Source: Cereibacter sphaeroides 2.4.1
GTDB lineage: Bacteria; Pseudomonadota; Alphaproteobacteria; Rhodobacterales; Rhodobacteraceae
DNA length: 32,000 nucleotides
NCBI RefSeq assembly: GCF_000012905.2
Contig: NC_007493.2
Coordinates: 1,560,001-1,592,000, forward strand
Direction of reading: 5' to 3'
This document shows, piece by piece, positions 27,250-32,000 of the stretch. Made by a program: the position numbers and the translations under genes. The notes under the pieces were generated by a model. It was not told the DNA's origin. It was given only the letters and a program-made list of their open reading frames with translations, and ran no database searches. Each line of letters opens with the position of its first letter. The first letter of the stretch is position 1.

Positions 27250-28211
27250 TCCTTGCGCCTTCTCCAACCGTAGAGACAGATCAACTCGTAAGCCACATGG
27301 GCGCCCGCGACGGCCGTAATGCCGGAGGGATCGTAGGGAGGCGAGACCTCGACCACATCGCCCCCCACGAGGTTCAGGCCCGCGAGATCGCGGAGGATCG
27401 CCGCGGCCTGCCAGGAGGCGAGGCCGCCCCAGACCGGCGTGCCGGTGCCCGGCGCGAAGGCCGGGTCGAGCGCGTCGACGTCGAAGGTGAGGTAGGTGGG
27501 ATGGTGGCCCACGATCGCATGCACCCGCGCCGCGACCGCGGCCGGGCCCTGTTCGTGCGCCGTCCGCGCGTCGATCACGTTCATGCCCAGCCAGTCGGGC
27601 GTGTCGGTGCGGATGCCCACCTGCACGGACCGGGCCGGATCGACGAGGCCCTCCTTCACCGCCTTGTACATGAAGGTGCCATGGTCGATCCGGCCCGGAT
27701 CGTCATCGACCCAGAGATCGGAATGGGCATCGAACTGCACCACCGAAAGCGGCCCGAACACCGCCGCATGGGCGCGCAGGATCGGCAGGGTGATCGAATG
27801 ATCGCCGCCGAGCGTGAGCGCGCCCGCGCCCGCCGCGAGGATGCCCGCGACATGGGCGGTGAGGCGGGCGGGAAACTCGGCCGTGCGGGCATAGTCGAAG
27901 GCGAGGTCGCCGTAATCGACCACCGTCAGCTCTTCCAGCGGATCGAAGCCCCAGCCGAACGGCCGGTCGTAGGGCTGAAGCGTCGAGGCTTCGCGGATCG
28001 CGCGGGGTCCGAAGCGGGTGCCGGTGCGATTCGTCACCGCCTGATCGAAGGCCACGCCGGTGATCGCCAGATCGACCCCCGTCAGGTCCTTCGTGTAGCG
28101 GCGGCGCAGGAAGCTCGTGGCCCCGGCAAAGGCGTTCTCGTAGGCGTAGCCGCGGGGGCCGCGGCCCCCGAAGGCGACGTCCACCTCGTTCTTCGCATCC
28201 TCAAGCGCCAT
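27246..28211 (-). CDS. speB: Agmatinase / ureohydrolase-family enzyme
   Basis: 321 aa with the arginase-family Mn ligand blocks GGDHSITLP, QFDAHSDL and LTFDVDALDPAFAPGTG. The SD is GAGGGAGA. Substrate specificity (agmatine versus guanidino acids) cannot be read from the sequence alone. Confidence 0.88.
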   Translation of the reverse strand: MALEDAKNEVDVAFGGRGPRGYAYENAFAGATSFLRRRYTKDLTGVDLAITGVAFDQAVTNRTGTRFGPRAIREASTLQPYDRPFGWGFDPLEELTVVDYGDLAFDYARTAEFPARLTAHVAGILAAGAGALTLGGDHSITLPILRAHAAVFGPLSVVQFDAHSDLWVDDDPGRIDHGTFMYKAVKEGLVDPARSVQVGIRTDTPDWLGMNVIDARTAHEQGPAAVAARVHAIVGHHPTYLTFDVDALDPAFAPGTGTPVWGGLASWQAAAILRDLAGLNLVGGDVVEVSPPYDPSGITAVAGAHVAYELICLYGWRRRKE

Positions 28212-28483
28212 CTGTCTCCCTCGGCCGGCAATCGCGGCGCAGTCTAGTCATGCGCGCGCCCGGCGCCAGCCCCTTCCGGGCCGCAGCCGCGCCTCCTGCG
28301 CAGGCCGCCGCGCATCGCGCCACGGGCCTCTGCCGCCGCCCCGTCGCTTGTCAGGGGCGGGTCCCCGGCCTGTCGCACCCAGATCCATCCGCGGTCGGCC
28401 GAGGGGACCCTGGGCGCACCGGTCGGGCGGTGAGACCTGTCCATCGCAGCGGCCGACGCCTGTGTCGGCGTCCGGCGCGCGGG

Positions 28484-29650
28484 TCACGCCTCGAGCGGCT
28501 GGGCGCGTTCCACGAGGCGGGCGAAGAAGCTGGCCCCGAGCGGGCTTGCCGCATCGTTGAAATCGTAGGCGGGATGGTGCAGCCCCGCGCCCGGCCCCGT
28601 GCCGAGGAAGAGATAGGCCCCCGGGCGCGCCTCGAGCATGTAGGCGAAATCCTCCGAGCCCATCTCGCGATTGGCATTGGCCTCGACCCCGGCCTCGCCC
28701 GCGATCTCGGCGGCCACCTCGGCCGCGAACCCCGCCTTTGCCGGATCGTTCACCGTAGGCGGGTAGCCCAGTTCGTAGTCGATCTCGACCCGCACGCCAT
28801 AGGCCGCCGCATGGCCCTCGACGATCTCGTGGAAGCGGCGGCGGACGAGGTCGCGCACCTCGGGCGTGAAGGTGCGGATCGTGGCGCAGAACCAGCCGTC
28901 CTCGGGGATGATGTTCGAGGCCGAGCCGGTGTGGATCTGGGTCACGGAGAGGACGAGATCGTCGAGCGTGTAGAGGTTGCGCGAGATGATGGTCTGGAGC
29001 GCCGAGACCATACCCACGATCGCCACCACCGGATCGACCGTCTCGTGCGGCGTGGCGCCATGGCCGCCCTTGCCGATCACCCGCACCGTGGCCGTGTCCA
29101 CCGCGGCCATCAGCGGCCCGGGCGCGGTCACGAACCGCCCCAGCGGCACGTTCGGCGCATTGTGGATGCCGTAGACCTGCGAGATGCCGAACCGGTCCAT
29201 CACGCCCTCGCGAACCATGACTTCGCCGCCGCCGCCATCCTCTTCGGCGGGCTGGAAGAGGAGCGCCACGCGGCCCGCGAATCGCCGCGTCTCGGCGAGG
29301 TAGCGCGCGGCCCCCAGCAGCATGGTCACATGGCCGTCGTGGCCGCAGGCATGCATCCGCCCGGGCACCGTCGAGGCATAGTCGGCCCCCGTCAGCTCCT
29401 CGATCGGCAGCGCATCCATGTCGGCCCGCAGTCCGATGGTGGGGCCTTCGCCCTGCCCTTCGATGATCGCCACGAGGCCGGAGGTGGCGATGCCCTCGTG
29501 GATCTCGTCCACGCCGAAGGCGCGCAGCCGCTCGGCGATGAAGGCCGCGGTGTTCTGGCAGTCGAAGCGCAGTTCGGGGTGACGGTGCAGGTGGCGGCGC
29601 CAGGCCGTCATTTCCTCCGCGTAATCGGCGATGCGGTTGACGACGGGCAT
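28484..29650 (-). CDS. M20D-family amidohydrolase (hippurate hydrolase / N-acyl-amino-acid amidohydrolase type)
   Basis: 388 aa with the blocks LRADMDALP, HACGHDGH and LFQPAEE. The SD is CAGGAG. Confidence 0.9.
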   Translation of the reverse strand: MPVVNRIADYAEEMTAWRRHLHRHPELRFDCQNTAAFIAERLRAFGVDEIHEGIATSGLVAIIEGQGEGPTIGLRADMDALPIEELTGADYASTVPGRMHACGHDGHVTMLLGAARYLAETRRFAGRVALLFQPAEEDGGGGEVMVREGVMDRFGISQVYGIHNAPNVPLGRFVTAPGPLMAAVDTATVRVIGKGGHGATPHETVDPVVAIVGMVSALQTIISRNLYTLDDLVLSVTQIHTGSASNIIPEDGWFCATIRTFTPEVRDLVRRRFHEIVEGHAAAYGVRVEIDYELGYPPTVNDPAKAGFAAEVAAEIAGEAGVEANANREMGSEDFAYMLEARPGAYLFLGTGPGAGLHHPAYDFNDAASPLGASFFARLVERAQPLEA

Positions 29651-29861
29651 GGGGCACTCCTGGGCTCAAGGGTCAGGCGGGCAAGGAAGCCCAAATCGGC
29701 TCCCGCCGCAAGCCGGATGGCGCTACGTCAACCGGGCCGGACTCGCCTGCAGGTGCCTCGCTCGAGCAGCCGCCCTGCAGAGGGGGCCGCCCCACCGGAC
29801 GGTTTACCGCTGCCCCGGCGCCCGTTATGCCGGGCCGGACCGAACCCTCGCGAGGCTCTCC

Positions 29862-30668
29862 ATGTCCGATCCCTTCACCGCCGGCCCCGGCCTGCCCCGG
29901 CTTCTCGCCATCATGGAGCGGCTGCGCGACCCAGAGCGCGGCTGCCCCTGGGATGTGGAGCAGACCTTTGCCAGCATCGCGCCCTATACGCTCGAGGAGG
30001 CGCATGAGGTGGCCGATGCCATCGCGCGCGAGGACTGGGACGAGCTGCGGGGCGAGCTGGGCGATCTTCTCCTGCAGACGGTGTTCCACGCGCGTATGGC
30101 CGAAGAGCGCGGGCTCTTCGACTTCGAGGCGGTGGCCAAGGGCATCGCCGACAAGATGATCGCCCGCCACCCGCATGTCTTCGGCGACGCATCGCGCGAC
30201 AAGTCGTCCGACCAGCAGACGCTGGACTGGGAGCGGATCAAGGCCGCCGAGCGGGCGGGCCGGGCGCAGGCGGGCGTGCTCGACGGGGTGGCGCTCGGCC
30301 TTCCTGCCCTGACGCGGGCCGTGAAGCTGCAGAAGCGGGCCGCGCGCGTGGGCTTCGACTGGCCCTCGACCGGCGAGGTGCTCGACAAGATCACCGAGGA
30401 GGCGCGCGAGCTGGTCGAGGCGCGTGACAGCCTCACCGCCGAGGAGACCTTCGAAGAATTCGGCGACCTTCTCTTCGTGATGGCGAACCTCGGCCGGCAT
30501 CTGAAGATCGATCCTGAGGCGGCGTTGCGCGCGGCCAACGCCAAATTCACCCGCCGCTTCGAGCGAATCGAGGCCTGGCTCGCCGAAGAGGGCCGCGGCC
30601 CCGAGGACAGCACCCTGGCCGAGATGGACGCGCTCTGGGATCGCGCCAAGGCCGAGGAACGCACCTGA
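29862..30668 (+). CDS. mazG: Nucleoside triphosphate pyrophosphohydrolase MazG
   Basis: 268 aa from MSDPFTAGPGLPRLLAIMERLRDPERGCPWDVEQT. It has tandem MazG domains with EExxE-type motifs (LEEAHEVADAI and ITEEARELVEA). The track ORF is over-extended to 29631. Confidence 0.9.
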   Translation: MSDPFTAGPGLPRLLAIMERLRDPERGCPWDVEQTFASIAPYTLEEAHEVADAIAREDWDELRGELGDLLLQTVFHARMAEERGLFDFEAVAKGIADKMIARHPHVFGDASRDKSSDQQTLDWERIKAAERAGRAQAGVLDGVALGLPALTRAVKLQKRAARVGFDWPSTGEVLDKITEEARELVEARDSLTAEETFEEFGDLLFVMANLGRHLKIDPEAALRAANAKFTRRFERIEAWLAEEGRGPEDSTLAEMDALWDRAKAEERT

Positions 30669-30851
30669 GGGACGTCGAGGCTTCTGGGAATTCCTGCTCG
30701 GCCCGTGTCGGGTCAACAGCAGCGTCGGGCGGATCGGGCTGGGCTTGTCGAGTGAGAGCGGCCGTCCCGAAGCCGGAGGGGGAGCTGGAACAGGCTCTGC
30801 CGCGGCAGGCGAGATCAGCCGTGACGGCAGCGCTTGCCCCGGGCCGCTTTG

Positions 30852-30910
30852 TTGACTGATAGACTCAGCGATTGACGACTGCTGCCAACCCGCCTATTGG
30901 TCGGGCAATA
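30852..30910 (+). promoter_or_regulatory. Candidate promoter and operator region of the Fe(3+)-binding protein gene
   Basis: This is an AT-richer island. It holds a TGA-N9-TCA dyad (30853-30867) and tandem TTGAC motifs (30852-30856 and 30872-76). TTGACG-N17-TATTGG spans 30872-30900. There is also an inverted repeat, TATTG-N6-CAATA (30895-30910). Confidence 0.4.
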
Positions 30911-30930
30911 CCTGACAAAAGAGGTCACAT

Positions 30931-31941
30931 ATGCGTCACGCCGCTCTTCCGCTGGTAGCCCTTGCCCTTGGCACCACCGCCCTGCCCGCTCTGGCCGACG
31001 AGGTGAACATCTATTCGCACCGTCAGCCCGAGCTGATCCAGCCGCTGGTGGATGCCTTCACCGCCGAGACCGGCATCGACGTCAATGTGGCCTTCGTCGA
31101 CAAGGGCATGGCGGAACGGCTCGTGGCCGAAGGCAACCGCTCGCCGGCCGATCTGGTGCTGACGGTCGATATCGCGCGGCTGATGCAGGTCGTCGAGGCG
31201 GGCGTCACGCAGCCGGTTGAATCCGACGTGCTCTCCTCGAACATCCCGGCCGAGTTCCGCGATCCGGCGGGCCACTGGTTCGGCCTGACCAGCCGGGCCC
31301 GCATCGTCTATGCCTCGAAGGAGCGCGTGAAGGACGGCGAGGTCACGACCTACGAGGATCTCGCCTCGGACAAGTGGAAGGGCCGGATCTGCACCCGCTC
31401 CTTCACCAGCGACTACAACGTGGCGCTGACCGGCGCCGTTATCGCGCATCACGGCACCGAGGGCGCGAAGACCTGGCTCGAAGGGGTGAAGGCGAACCTC
31501 GCCCGCAAGCCCGAAGGCAACGACCGCGATCAGGTGAAGTCGATCTGGGCCGGCGAATGCGACATCAGCCTCGGCAACACCTACTACATGGGGCAGATGC
31601 TGGCCGATCCCGAGCAGAAGGAATGGGCGGACTCAGTCCGCATCGTCTTCCCGACCTTCGAGGGCGGCGGCACCCACATGAACATCTCGGGCGTCGCCAT
31701 GACGAAGGCCGCGCCGAACCGCGCGGCCGCGCTGAAGCTGATGGAGTGGCTTGCCTCCGACGAGGCGCAGCGGATCTACGCCGAGACGAACCACGAGTTC
31801 CCGGTCGAGCCCGGTGTCGCGCGGTCGGAGCTGGTGCAGAGCTGGGGCGAGTTCACGCCCGACGCGGTCAGCCTCGCCGAGGTGGCCTCGCATCGCGGCG
31901 AGGCGCTGAAGCTGATCGAGACCGTGGATTTCGACGGCTGA
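30931..31941 (+). CDS. Fe(3+) ABC transporter periplasmic substrate-binding protein (FbpA/AfuA family)
   Basis: 336 aa with signal peptide MRHAALPLVALALGTTALPALA, followed by EVNIYSHRQPELIQPL... and YYMGQM blocks typical of ferric-binding proteins. The SD is AAGAGG. Confidence 0.9.
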   Translation: MRHAALPLVALALGTTALPALADEVNIYSHRQPELIQPLVDAFTAETGIDVNVAFVDKGMAERLVAEGNRSPADLVLTVDIARLMQVVEAGVTQPVESDVLSSNIPAEFRDPAGHWFGLTSRARIVYASKERVKDGEVTTYEDLASDKWKGRICTRSFTSDYNVALTGAVIAHHGTEGAKTWLEGVKANLARKPEGNDRDQVKSIWAGECDISLGNTYYMGQMLADPEQKEWADSVRIVFPTFEGGGTHMNISGVAMTKAAPNRAAALKLMEWLASDEAQRIYAETNHEFPVEPGVARSELVQSWGEFTPDAVSLAEVASHRGEALKLIETVDFDG

Positions 31942-32000
31942 CCTTCCGCAGCCGTCCGGCATCCCCTGCGGTGACGGGCGGTAGCGGCTGACCGGCGCTC

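Noticed and set aside
29862-30668. mazG as a marker of a mazEF toxin-antitoxin or defence locus
   Set aside because: No mazE- or mazF-like small ORFs flank it. This is the stand-alone housekeeping tandem-domain NTP pyrophosphohydrolase.
1-32000. Search for CRISPR arrays, IS elements with inverted terminal repeats, integrases, rRNA/tRNA genes and phage or defence islands
   Set aside because: I saw no repeat-spacer periodicity, no transposase- or integrase-like translations, and no large GC-content discontinuity. Synteny is that of core chromosome throughout.

Overview
This window is a high-GC alphaproteobacterial chromosome segment. The protein sequences look Rhodobacterales, Cereibacter/Rhodobacter sphaeroides-like, but that is inference only. 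It is almost entirely core housekeeping DNA. In order: a glycogen cluster (glgC, running off the left edge and therefore missing from the ORF track, then glgP); an orphan Rrf2 regulator; a copper module (copA-cueR, divergent from a copZ-like chaperone, with MerR-type promoters); a roughly 900 bp gene-poor gap holding an unlisted 43-codon ORF with its own SD and intrinsic terminator; ndk; an ABC-F ATPase plus a MarC-family protein; a membrane-anchored retropepsin-like protease; holC-pepA divergent from one long envelope cluster (lptF-lptG-lptD-surA-pdxA-rsmA); a DUF4167 gene downstream of prfA-prmC; speB-DUF1499; an M20 amidohydrolase; mazG; and an Fe(3+) ABC substrate-binding protein. I found no rRNA, tRNA, CRISPR array, transposase, integrase or recognisable defence or toxin-antitoxin system. 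I also see no convincing novel multi-gene system. The points worth a second look are small-scale: the hidden small ORF, three unusually long ORF-free spacers, promoter geometries that predict leaderless abcF and prfA mRNAs, a promoter-like motif shared by glgP and prfA, a polypurine tract between copA and cueR, and candidate metal-regulatory dyads. The many long Arg/Gly/Pro-rich ORFs in the track are antisense or out-of-frame artefacts of the high GC content.
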